A DNA stretch of 64,000 nt from NCBI GenBank assembly GCA_051362555.1, contig CM120649.1, positions 16,196,567 to 16,260,566 on the forward strand, in the 5' to 3' direction. Below, one piece after another: positions 42,377 through 54,500 of the stretch; position 1 is the stretch's first letter; each line of letters starts with the position of its first letter. Position numbers and translations under genes: made by a program. The notes under the pieces were generated by a model. The model ran no database searches. It had not been told where the DNA came from and saw only the letters and a list, made by a program, of their open reading frames with translations. The stretch is from Lingula anatina. Lineage: Eukaryota > Animalia > Brachiopoda.

Positions 42377-44179
42377 CTCGAAAAGAAAACTGAATAAATT
42401 AAGACAGTTGAGAGGGATTCGATAAAGTTCATTCTGATTTTGAAAATAACGCATATTATTTTGGTATCTCTTGTCACATAGGTGCGGGAAAATAAACTTT
42501 GCTTGATAATGTCGTTTACCAGTGATATGTAGTATCGGTCGAGCATTAATCAATTAGAACATCACTCTAAAATTATCTACCCCCGGTCCAACTCTTTAAC
42601 ATTAATGAGCTGAATCACCCGAAATATTGGTTCACTTCATATAAAAAACCTTGCAGAACGCCAAAACACAGCCCACGCACGTGAATGTCTAAACCACAAG
42701 CGGGGAAATCTCCCTAGCAAAACTGGGATGATTCAGAAGACCATGATGTATTTTTCATCTCTTTCCTAATTGCATAACAAGTACTAGTAATGCTGGAAAT
42801 TCCGGCCGTAACGAAAGAGCTCTTCCAGCTCCTCAACCTACTGCACATGCGTCCAGGTGTCAGAATCTCCTCCGAGCGAAACCGAGATGTAATTACAGCT
42901 TTGGAAGTAACTCGCTCGCTCTGCTAGTAAATTACGCAGCGTGGTATTCAGGGCACAGACCGTGATCACTAGATACCGCCAATGGATTTTTGGATTTTTG
43001 GAATTTGGAGTTTTCATATGAACGGTGCCTTAGTAAGCAGACCAAAATGACCGTCTATCTATCTAAAGACATATCTGTGAATATCTGTAAAATATGTGAA
43101 TATCTGTCTCCCTGGTAGAGGGTTCCCATTGATGGGGTGTTAGGGTAAGCTATAGGTTAATAATAACCCCGACGTTACTAGATTAAAGCTAGCATGTGAC
43201 ATGCAAGGGGAGTGTTGCGGGCATATTAAATGTATGGCGGAAGATGTACTTTATTTAGCTCTTAGTAAAACGCTCAAATTTTCACCTTTTATAGTTTTTT
43301 TTTTTGACATTTTCATATTTTAAAAAAAATTAGTAATGAAAGTGGAAATTTTTATCTGAAATTGATTCATGCGTCTTACAATAATCATAGTGATATTCGT
43401 GTCCGCCCTTAGTACCAGAACAATCATTTAACTAGTGACCAGGAATATTTTAAAATTGATCATGAAGTACTAGTACCAATATGTGCTAATGGTTTATTTA
43501 GAATGCAAGATGGTCATAATGATTGAGTCCCTCTCCCCGCCCCCGTGAAGATTCTGAACATCCAGGCAGTGCTATGTTAATAGAGGATATCAAATATAAC
43601 CCTTATCTGGGACAGAGTAATGGTGGACAGTTCTCACTAGACTGACCATACACTTAAGGCACTGTCACACCTAGCGTATAGCACTTACGTATGAAAAAAA
43701 GTGCCCATAAGCAGACCTTACGCCGTATACGTTTCGAGTACGCAGACACACGTGGTAGCACGTTCCAATATTCGGAGGGAGATAAAAAGTTTTGTGCATG
43801 TTCAAAAACAACTCCATATGCTGCTTTTGTCTTCATTCTAATTCGCAGGAAACAGTGATTCATACGCTCAAAAGTTGTGCGTATAATCGACGTCACTCAC
43901 GCTACTCATGCGTAGCTACCCCTTTAAGTTAGGTGTGACTGGGCCTTCAGTGCACTGTTACTGATGAAGTCCCAAGTGTTAGGACGAAGGAGTTCACAGG
44001 TACGCTTTCAGTTAGTTTGGAAATGGAGCAGTTGAATTTAAATTTTCCTCAACATAAACATCATCTCTATATGCCGAGACAGATCAACTTCCGACAGACT
44101 GATGGGTATACTGTTTTCCATTTTTTCTTTATTTTCTTTACAGCTACGGTAGACCTATTCCCACACTTTATACGCCAAA

Positions 44180-46429
44180 ATGGACGCTGCGTCTTTTAAC
44201 GAGGAATTCATATGGAAGGGCAAGGCCGTTGTCGTAATATTCCCCACGTCTTTCCTATTCTTTACGGCACTTAATCGGCTGGTCAGTCATTACACACCTG
44301 AGAAATGCGCCGGATACCCAGATCGCTGGACAGCTTACGTTATATCCTGGCTACATGCTATTCTGTTTGGCACTCTGGCCTTGATACTGTGAGTGACATG
44401 TGGTCAAATTTTAATATACCAGTTCTTTTCTTACTCTGTTTTTGTTCGGATAGAATCCTTATTAGTTGTTCCTCATACTATTTATCTATCTATTTATTTG
44501 TTCAATCTTTTGTATTTTTATATACCAGTATCTACTTATCTGTACTGTGGTTTTTCACCTCTTTATGTAGTAATTGTAAGGTCTTTGGTAGGAACCGATG
44601 TATAACAATAGTGCTGTAACTCCTTGATCAGACTAAGCACAAAACTAGCTCATAGGCATGTAAATGAGCGGTCACTTGGTCCTGTGGATAGTTGAATCGA
44701 CAAAAACAATTAACTTGACCAGGGAATTATATCGGATATAATTCCCTGACTTGACCAAAGTACTATATAATGCCTTGTTTGGTTTATACATTTGGCTTTC
44801 TTATATCAAGGAGTTGTAACTCCTTGGTCTGATATGCGTCTTGGTCATCCATGCAAAACAATAATGACAATACAGGCGAAACTGAACCATAAATTACGTT
44901 TGGCATGCATGGCTGTACGATGATAGTTTACTACCCATTTATGTCTCTTTTTAGTCGGCACCCTTGCGGAAGCAGGCAGTGGCCGTGTGAAATCGTTCGG
45001 ATTCACGTTTTCCGTAGCCTCTACGGTTTTGTTAACCCGAAACTTTTTACTTTTGATAAAAAAAATAAAAAAAAATAACCTAGCCTGTGGGTCTTTAGCA
45101 ATGTCGTAGATGATATTGCACGGTTTTCGTACGGGCACGGGTATTGCTCGGTGGACTTGCGGCTACCGTGATGATGCGTAAAACTGTTAATTGTATTTTA
45201 CCTCCCCCTCCTTGGCTTTGGAGACCTAACAATAGTGAAGACGGCATGAAAAATACGCAGTGTAATTCACTTGTATGAAATTGAAGTTGTGAGTCTACTT
45301 AGGGACCACTCGCACTAACTGTGGATCGATCTATCTCCGAAGGGATTCTCGCTAAATTGCAATCAGGTTAAGCGGCTTAGATGTCTGTCACATCTACTGA
45401 AGCAACCAGGGGTTAATTGACTATCTTTTAGCAGCTTCAGTAGGTGTGCCAGACATCTAAATCGCTTAAACTGAAAGCGATTTAGCGAAAAACAGCTCGG
45501 AGATGGATCGATCTTGTTAGGTATGGGAACCCAGTCTTATTCTGACCATAAGAGGGCAAAAATATAAGGGGGCTACACTGACAACGTATCGTACGCACTT
45601 AAAAAAAAACATGGAGGGCGAACGAAAACTTCACTGAGACAGGTCTCCGTATTATCTCTTTCCATCGACGAACCAAAATAAGATATGGTTTGCATCCGTA
45701 CTGAATGTTAACATACTCGCTGTAGCCCGTAAACACTACTTGAAAACATTGTAAAGAAAAGTCGCACGGAAATCGTATTCAATTTCATCGGACGGCGCCT
45801 GCGGCAAATGTAATTATGCGAGGTTTCAGTTCGGAGAAGTTTTGTTCATCCATTATTGATCATTATTGGTGGAAGACTCTCGCGAGGTTTAAGCCGATTT
45901 GCACTTTTTAGCACTGAGGTGTCTTTAGTAGCCGTCGCTGGTTATCCAGTATGCCAGTAAGGTAAGATAGGGCGTGTCCTTGGTGTCATGTGACTAAATA
46001 TTGAGCAAATATGGCCCGCTTACCTCACATAAAATAATTTGTTATTAAATTTAATTTGTTTTAAGGGTCTTGACAGGCCGCGAGTGGTTTGAGAGCTCTC
46101 CCTGGGCGTTCTATTTACACTGTATGTCAGTAGGTGAGTGATATTCACGTGTAGGCCTATAGGTTGATCTTGAAAATACTTTTAAGTTCTAAGGCATGTT
46201 ATGTTATTGTGACTACACGGGTATCTGATGTGCATTTATATTAGTATAGTATATAGGCTACCAGTAATTGTTAGTTATATTCATGACTGGTAAACGAGCA
46301 AAGGTGAACATTCAAAGATATCGTTGTTTTCAGGATATTTTGCCTACGATTCTGTTGCTCTGGCAATAAGTAAGGAACAAATAGGGAGTTTCGATGTTTA
46401 CGCGCATCATGTCTTGGTAAGCTCTCTTT

Positions 46430-46467
<38 letters not shown>

Positions 46468-47496
46468 CATCATCTAATTAGACACTCGACTACGTATTTA
46501 TGTAATGAAAGTATTATCCAGTATGGAAAAAAGACAGAAAGAGAAAAGGGAATCAGTAGTTTCGTAAGTGGTCTGAAAGGTTTACTTCTATAGGTTTTTT
46601 CAGTATCTGAGGGCCTATACATGACGGGGAGTGGGGCGTGTGATGCTTAACAATTCTCATGGACAGCGGGAAAACAGTTGCTCCAAAATATCACTATGGG
46701 TTCTTTTAACAAAGTTAATCAAATGATAAAGAATTCCTTTATAAAGATATATTGTTTGAGATGTAAAGCAATATTTTCTTTTATTCTAGTGTATCTTCTT
46801 CGGCACGGCTGTGCAGTTCCCCCCATGTGATCGAGCCACCTTCTACGCTCTTTGGAATTAGCTGTGTGAGATAAGCAATGTCTTTCTGCACGGAAGAAAA
46901 CTTATAGCGATGTTGGGGCGAAGAGAATCGACGTTGTACAAGAGGCTTAATATGTTATATTTCGGTAGGTATATTTCGATATTTTTAAGATGATTTTAAG
47001 ATGGTTAAGATGACTTGTGCAAGAAATTACGGTATAGTATCAGATATAATAGTCAAAAGTCAGGATAGGTATCGCAAGATGCTATTTTGACATCACGCCC
47101 CTTTAATTCGAGCGGTGTACTTAACTGGGTCCCTTTAAAGGAGTAGCTGCACTCAGCATGCTCAATTTATTAAATTGCAATACCAGGAAGCTGATGTGTG
47201 CAGAACTTGATTGTAATGTTGTGGCAACTTTTGGTCATATTCCATTCAAAATTTAAATTATCCCTAATACTTAATTATTTCCATTTCCAGTTACGTCCTT
47301 CATCTTCCGCTTCCCCCCTCAACTCCTCGTCTTTGTGATGATGAACGTTGACACGTGGTACACTGGCCAACTGCCGATGATTTGTTACGTCAGCGCCATC
47401 CCGCAGCAAACAATCGTGCTTCTGATTGGAGTAAATATCGCATATGAAATATTGAAAAGGACAAGACGTGACCTCAAGAAAGTGACTTCTGATTGA
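44180..47496 (+). pseudogene. TLC domain protein copy 3 with a premature stop
   Basis: Exons 44180-44388, 46066-46133, 46334-46416, 46790-46964 and 47291-47496. TAG at 46859-46861 where copies 1 and 2 have TAC (Tyr). Confidence 0.85.
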
Positions 47497-48237
47497 CGAG
47501 TGAATGGGAACAAGATACCCTGAGTGTCAAGGCACAGTAAAAGCTAGCTTGTTAAATATTAAAATATACCTTGTGATGGGGTCGCTTTTTCGATATGGGT
47601 TATAGGCCTATATGAAATCAAGATCGAGCTGGCAATACGGAAATCTAGAACCTAGGGTAGAACAAGATGACTCGTGCCCTAAAAAGATAACATGATATAA
47701 AACCACATGATAAGGATAACTGATAAATGTGTCATCAAATCAACACAGCGCTACTTTGATTGAAAAGACATTTATACATATTTATTTTTCTGATTCGTTT
47801 TACAAATTTATGCGGTAGACTTGCTTGTACCATTATTTCAAAATTTTCTTTTCAGTGTTTTTGTGTAACGACTAGACAGGAACAAATCCATGCGGGTGAC
47901 TGATGAAAAACAACACGTAATTGTGATTTGGTTACCTACACGGCTGCTTTGATTTTCAACTGTTTAGAAATTTCTAAAAATCCATAGAGATTCTTTAAGA
48001 TTCTTTAATTCACAGCAGTTTTGCTAGCATCCACAACTTTTGTGTACTGAATGTAAAACTGTCTAATGACAAGACATGTGGGTGACAAAAGAAAACCGAG
48101 ACGGCATTGTAAGTCTATATGCATCGAGTTGCATTTATGAAATCTAATGGTTACATAACGTTATGCACTGGTTTATAGACATGGCACTGTTGGATTGCTT
48201 GAATAATTTTCATAACGGGCTCGTGCGCACGCGCGCG

Positions 48238-48280
<43 letters not shown>

Positions 48281-48537
48281 AGAGAGAGGGAAAGAGAGAG
48301 AGAGAGATAACGAAAAATACTAGGACGGTGACAGATGAAGAGGGAGTGCTTTATTTATCCATGTTTCACACCAAATCTCATTCCTTCAAAATGAAATATG
48401 CATCTCTTAAATTGGACCAGTATAGCAATTCTATTAATTTACTTTTACCATCCGTGTTTTGTTTTTGAAAAATTATTCATCAGGCAAATCCCAAAATTGC
48501 CTGAAAAAATCTCATCTCCTAATTTTTTTTTTTTATT

Positions 48538-50421
48538 TCAAAGCGGTCCAAAAAGGCTGGAGGGATTTTTAGTGTCGTTGAAGTAAGCCACGCATGCTTC
48601 GACGTATTCCGCTTTTTCTATGACTCCATTGTGGTTTGCATCAAGAAATTTGAATGACTTGCTAACAGCCTTATCATCTTGAACGTTGAACACTTTGAGT
48701 AAGGCTTTGTGCTCTTCGGGAGTAAGCACATCATTTGTATCAGTATCGGTATCGGCTGCTTCGAAGCATCCTCTTGCCCACAGCCTCAAATCCCCAGCCA
48801 AGTGCTCGTGAGTTGCCACGCGTGTGGCAAGATCATCGAGATCTGAGAGGTCAAACGTCGATATGTACCCATTTTCAGGAAGTGCCGCAAAGTCTGTCCA
48901 CGCTTCCGCCAACGTGTCCTTCAACGCTTTCCCTTGCTCTCTCCCCAGATATTTATCGGCTCTTTCACTTGCCAAATCAACGTATTCCCTTCGGGTTATG
49001 ATTCCATCGGAGTCAACATCAAGGACTTTCAAAAATCAGGCTCATCCTGTAATGATATTTGTTACATCGGATCATTATCAGAAAAATGCACTGCTCATAT
49101 AATCAGGTTTGTTCCCCGAGACAATTTAGAGTGTTAAGGAGGAGGTTGAAGCCTTCAAAAGACAAAAAGATCCCTAACAGACCCCACTCCCCGTGTCTAA
49201 GGCCCTGTTCCGACCATTGAGCTGTCAAACACATTTCTACAAATTTTGGATGCTTCAAACTCCGAAAAATTCTATCAGATAGATGTGCAAGTTATTCGTA
49301 AGAAAAAAGTACCACATTAAAATCTTCTTTAACCTTTTCTTTGCCAGTTGCAGGTATGTCAACCAAATGGCTTCTTCCATCAGGTAAACCCTGAAATGTA
49401 GGTTGACACGTTGGGTAGTTGGACCATACAAAATTGATAAACTGGTGACTCTTTGTATACAGCATAGATAGATGGAATGCACTTATGTTTTCAAATATGT
49501 TTCAGGTGCATGTTTAACACGTGTATAGCAGGTAAATCTCGAGATTGGTCAGTATTATTTGGTTTCAGTTTAAATTTAGGGAGATTTCAAATCAACGTCA
49601 CAGTGGGCAGCATTTAAAGACAACAGCAAGGTTTTTCCAAGGTCAAGTTGTAATTTCTTCCTCACTTAATAAACCAATACCTAGTACATTTTTTACATTT
49701 GAAAAAAAAATGAAAAAATACTACTGTATGTGCACAAGAAATTTTGACCCCCCCCCCCAAAAAAAAAAAAAAAAAAAAAAAAGAATAAATAAATAAATAA
49801 ATAAAATAAAACACGGTCAATCGTGCTCTTTAATCAGTTTATCAGGTCTGTGTGGCCTAAAAATGTATATATACATTCTGTTCACTGACAGTCTGTGAAA
49901 CAGCCCTGTATCTCTACGTGGTATATTTTAGACCCTGTAAAATGGAAAACCTATACATATGCGTATTCTATACAGAGGGACAATCATGACGACTTTGCTT
50001 AGTATTCATACATTCAGCATGTCATATATAGTATCTTAAGAAGTCCATTATTAAAGATCAAAAGCAAAATAGGAATTGTATATATACATTCTGTTCACTG
50101 ACAGTCTGTGAAACAACCCTGCATCTCTACGTGGTATATTTTAGACCCTGTAAAATGGAAAACCTATACATATGCGTATTCTATACAGAGGGACAATCAT
50201 GACGACTTTGCTTAGTATTCATACATTCAGCATGTCATATATAGTATCTTAAGAAGTCCATTATTAAAGATCAAAAGCAAAATAGGAATTAAAGCACTTA
50301 CCAGCGGGCTTCTACTTCGTTTTAATGTTAGCTCTCTTCTATTTGAATCATCTGGTAGACCTAAAACAATTCTAATAAAAACCACCGGTGTAAACACAAA
50401 CACAAACTGTTGCAAATACAT
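48538..50421 (-). pseudogene. Signal-peptide EF-hand protein, sarcoplasmic Ca-binding/photoprotein-like; one frameshift
   Basis: EF loops DVDSDGIITRRE, DTDTDTNDVLTPEE and DANHNGVIEKAE, with a C-terminal LFGPL. Proposed exons 50421-50302, 49390-49313 and 49046-48538. The frame breaks at the T5 run 49035-49031. Confidence 0.7.
49865..50290. repeat. Direct tandem duplication, 2 x 213 bp
   Basis: 49865-50077 and 50078-50290 differ at only about 2 positions. Confidence 0.95.
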
Positions 50422-51506
50422 TATCAGCTGACTGAAAAAGAAAGAAATTCGGCGGTTTGTGTGTCACTAAATGATGATCATCCCAAGACCAGCCGTTTTA
50501 TGGCAATTGGGGACTCCAGCTACTATCCAATCACGTTCGAGAACGTAATCAGCGGTGGGTGGAGTTTATCAGACACTTGCGATGAAAGTGAGCCCGTATG
50601 CTCTTTTTAAACAAGCGTGTTCACATACATACACACAAAGAGAGAGAGAGAGGGAGAGAGAGAGCATTTAAACATTATGGAATATGGGAAAGTGTTTTAG
50701 TTTTTTAAATTTTATTTTGACCCCGCAACCCAACATAAACAAAGAAATGCAATGGGTATTGGTCTGATAAATGGAGGAATTTCACAATGGAGAATAAAAC
50801 TTATGCTCGTTATCTAATTAAAAAAAATTTGTCTGGCCTTATTTACGGCTGCTTTGCATGACTTTCCACGAAAGTGCTCTTACATTTAATATAAATACAA
50901 ACAAAAAGCAGGAGTTTCGTATTTCTTTCTTTACAGTATTTCTGTGTAACGACTAGACATGTACATGCAGACATGAGTTGTTTGAAAAAAAAAAAAAAAA
51001 GGGTTGTAGTCTCGGCTGCTTTTCTTTTGTCTTTCTCTTTTCACAGCAGTTTTGCAAACTTTCACGACTTTTGTACACCAAATGAAATTTTGTGTATCGA
51101 CAAGACATGCGGGTGGCAGATAAAAATCAGCACGTAAGTGTGATTTTTAAACCTATGTCCCGTATTTATGCTTATATATTTATCAGTCTCTTCAATATCG
51201 TTATATGGTGCATTATACTTTCAATTATTTATTTATCAAAACACAAAGTAACAATATAAAGTACAACACATAATTGCAATACAAGACCCTTATTAAAGGT
51301 TTTTATAGAAGTGCCATTGTTGATTGTTATGAATCTTTTTATAATACGTTTATCGACAGGGCGACAATGATCTTTCAATTTTGCTTTTCAACTGCAAAGT
51401 AAATTCTGCACGGGGAATAGAGGCTGACTCTCAATCTCTTGCCACAATTAGGCAAAGGGAGGCAAGGCAACGAGTTCTGAGAGTTTCAACGCCATGACTG
51501 TCAATG

Positions 51507-54500
51507 CTATAAGAGATTCTCTTGCAAAAGTTCTCTCTCATTGGCTAAAAATTCACGAATCAAAGCCTCGATATTTTCTTCACTGCGAGCCACTTGTTTC
51601 TCCATGGTCAACCGAAAATCTTCCTTCACTCCTTTGTTGACACCCCTTGTAACCGTTCGTTGTCTGGAAAAGAAAACTGAATAAATTAAGACAGTTGAGA
51701 GGGATTCGATAAAGTTCATGCTGATTATGTAAATAAAACGAAACATTATTTTCGGCATCTCTTGCCACATTAGTACGGATATAATAAATGCAACTTTGCT
51801 TGATAATGTCATTTAGGCCCTACCAGTGATATGTAGTTAGCACCGGTCGAGCAGTAATCAATTAGAACATCACTCTTAATTATCTACTACCCCCGGTCCC
51901 ACTCTTGAACATTAATGAGCTGAATCACCCTAGATATTGTTTCACTTCATATAAAAAACTCGCGAAACACCAACACGCAGCCAACGCACGTGAATGTCTA
52001 AACCACAAGCGGGGAAATCTCTCTAGCAAAACTGGGATGAGTCAGAAGGCCGTGATGTTTTTTCTCTTTGCTAATTGCATAACAAGTAACGCTGGAAATT
52101 CCGGCTGTATCGAAACAGCTCTTCCCAGCTCCTGAACCTACAAAAACTACATACTGGAAATCCCAAGCTTAGAAACTGAGTCAGTGGCGTATGCACTGTA
52201 AATAGAAAGTAGACTTCAAGCCAGGCCATAAATAGCCAGCGTATATAAAGGCAAGTCACGCTGGGAACTCTCAAAGAATCAGACAGGCTGCAGGTCACAT
52301 ACACAGGTATCAGAGGTATTGGGATAGAAACCGCATTGACCGGCCAGTACAATTTCTCTGAAGGTTAGTGAGGCATAGAGAGCAACCGTTTCTAAGTTAA
52401 AGGACAAAGGAGTTAAAAAAAAGACCGGCACCTTATTATGAGTTCATATAACATCATTGGCTTTACGGTATTAATACTGAAAGAGTGTTATTTTTGAAAG
52501 ATCTAAAGGACTAAAGAACTCAATAGCGTTAAATTGACACGATTCTATGAAAACTGCTCTTGTCAAAAACATCAAGGAACAGGGGCAGAAGGGGCGAGGG
52601 GCAAAACATTCCTCCTCAGAGGTCGCAGACAATAACTACCAAGCGCAGTAAGTATGCCATCATTTTCCCCATAGACACAGATGTGATCGCTGTGCTGTGC
52701 GAAACATCACGTGAAGGTCGTTCACGTTTAGAATGCCAGCACTGCTGCACTGTACAGACCTTCTCACATCAAGCGGTAGTCTTCAAAGACACAGACTGCA
52801 CTAGTGTATTTTGAGAAAACCTACCATGTAACTACATTTTTTTACGTTTTCCTCACCCTGACTTACTGTGGAGCTACATAGGAGGTGGGTGCCCCGTTTA
52901 GGTGACTCTCTAGAAGCTGCCAACCACTCAGAGTGTACCAGTGTAGATTGTGCAGTTTCAGTATACCACTAGATGTGAAAATGACCTTAAATGTATTCCA
53001 GCGTTTCTCCTGACCAAGATCCTACACTAACAATAGGCTATGAATATCTCGGTGTTGCTTCCCTAGCCCCTCTCTTTCTGTTTCGCTGTGAGCAGTTACT
53101 GCATTAAATTGTAGACCAAATCTTTCTTACCTCCTATCTACGGCTGTTTTTTTAACGACCTACTTTTATGGCAAAACAGACACATCTCATTAGTACGGCG
53201 AGTTAAGTTGCATTTCCAGCCCAACTGTGACGGCTCAATTTAAAACATGCTGCATAGGCCTCATTCAGAAAAGGGGACTAACTAGTCCGAGGGTCAAATA
53301 TGGCCGACCCACTTGAATACTTCCCCACGGGGTATCTATTCAGTGTCTATAAGCGAATTAGACGGCAAGCTTTGTAGCCATATTTGACCCTCGGACTAGT
53401 TAGTCCCCTATTCTGAATGGGACCATAGGAGACAAACTACTCCGAGAGGCAAATATGGACGACCCACTTGCATTCATCCCCATGGGATATCTATTCAGTG
53501 TTTATTAGCGGATCAGACGGAAAGCTTTGTCGTGGGTCGCAATATTTGACCCTCAGACTACTTATATAGTCTCCTATTCTGAATGGGGCCATACAGTCCT
53601 TATAAACGGATTAGGCTTTTATTAACAATGCCCGCAGATCTTTTAGCACTAACGCACATATTAACCATATAACCCACAAATTAACCAGCACTACCAGACG
53701 GATGAATGTTAGTGCTAGTTATTGCTTTGTTGGTGCTAAATAATTTTACGGTGTGTTGTTTGGCAATGTGTACTGTCAGTAAATGAAATGTGGCTTCCAG
53801 GGGTGGGTGGGTGGGTGGGGGGTCATTACATATTCTGCACTTCTTGACCATGCAGATTGCTAGGCATGCTAAGCATACAGTAATCACAGAGCGCATTCAG
53901 AACAGCAGATTAACAGATCTGCGGATCAAATATGGCCCACCCACTCGAATGCTTGTTGCGTACTCCCACAGGGAATCTAGTCAGTATCTAATCAGGAATT
54001 AGGCAGCAAGCCTTTTAGTGGGTCGCCTTATTTGATCCGCAGATCTGTTAGTCTGCTGTTCTAAATGAGCTCACAGTCTGCTGGAATAGATCAAAACCGC
54101 TATATTCTAAGCCCAACATAAGTGCCATAAATTTTGCCTCTTCTTACCACACATTTTGTAATGTCATATTTCAGTCCACTGTTAGCAAAGTAACAATGTA
54201 GAAAAAATCCTGCGTTTCAGAACATGGATGCGACTCCTACGGTGAAAACTTGTGATTTCCTAAAGTCAACAACCATTCTGGAACAACAGACAGAAATCGA
54301 TCGGCTGCTGACAGAGTTAAATGATTTGGAAACCACTGGGACACGAATGTCACAATCCAAGTACGTCAATGAAGACTGGAAAAGAAACAAGCGATGCCAA
54401 GCAAAGAAAAGCCTTGCCCTAGCCCATACACTTATTGCCTATCAGCGTGATCCAATTTCTGAGGGTCTTCTCTATTACGACAACAGCCGTAAAGCATACC

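Larger units (their letters stand above)
36234..42840. repeat. Segmental duplication unit 1 (TLC gene 2 + INTS10 terminal exon copy)
   Basis: Colinear with about 43123-52140. The two units share upstream sequence (TTCCCATTG...GCTAGCATGTGACATGCAAGGGGAG), introns, 3' flank and the INTS10 exon with about 460 bp of its intron. Confidence 0.85.
43123..52140. repeat. Segmental duplication unit 2 (TLC gene 3 + EF-hand gene + INTS10 terminal exon)
   Basis: Colinear with 36234-42840, and retains about 3 kb (the EF-hand gene) that unit 1 lacks. Confidence 0.85.

Noticed and set aside
46859-46864. Stop-codon readthrough of TAG in TLC copy 3
   Set aside because: The context TAG-CTG is not a known strong readthrough motif, and the paralogs have TAC, so a point mutation explains it.
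49020-49046. Programmed +1 frameshift at CCT-TGA-T (antizyme-like) in the EF-hand gene
   Set aside because: The downstream frame already supplies the expected KVLD before the EF loop. A one-base indel in the T run is simpler, and no stimulatory element is evident.
50930-51130. Third partial copy of the sequence found 3' of TLC copies 2 and 3
   Set aside because: The similarity is real but short, and I cannot distinguish an older duplication from a dispersed repeat.
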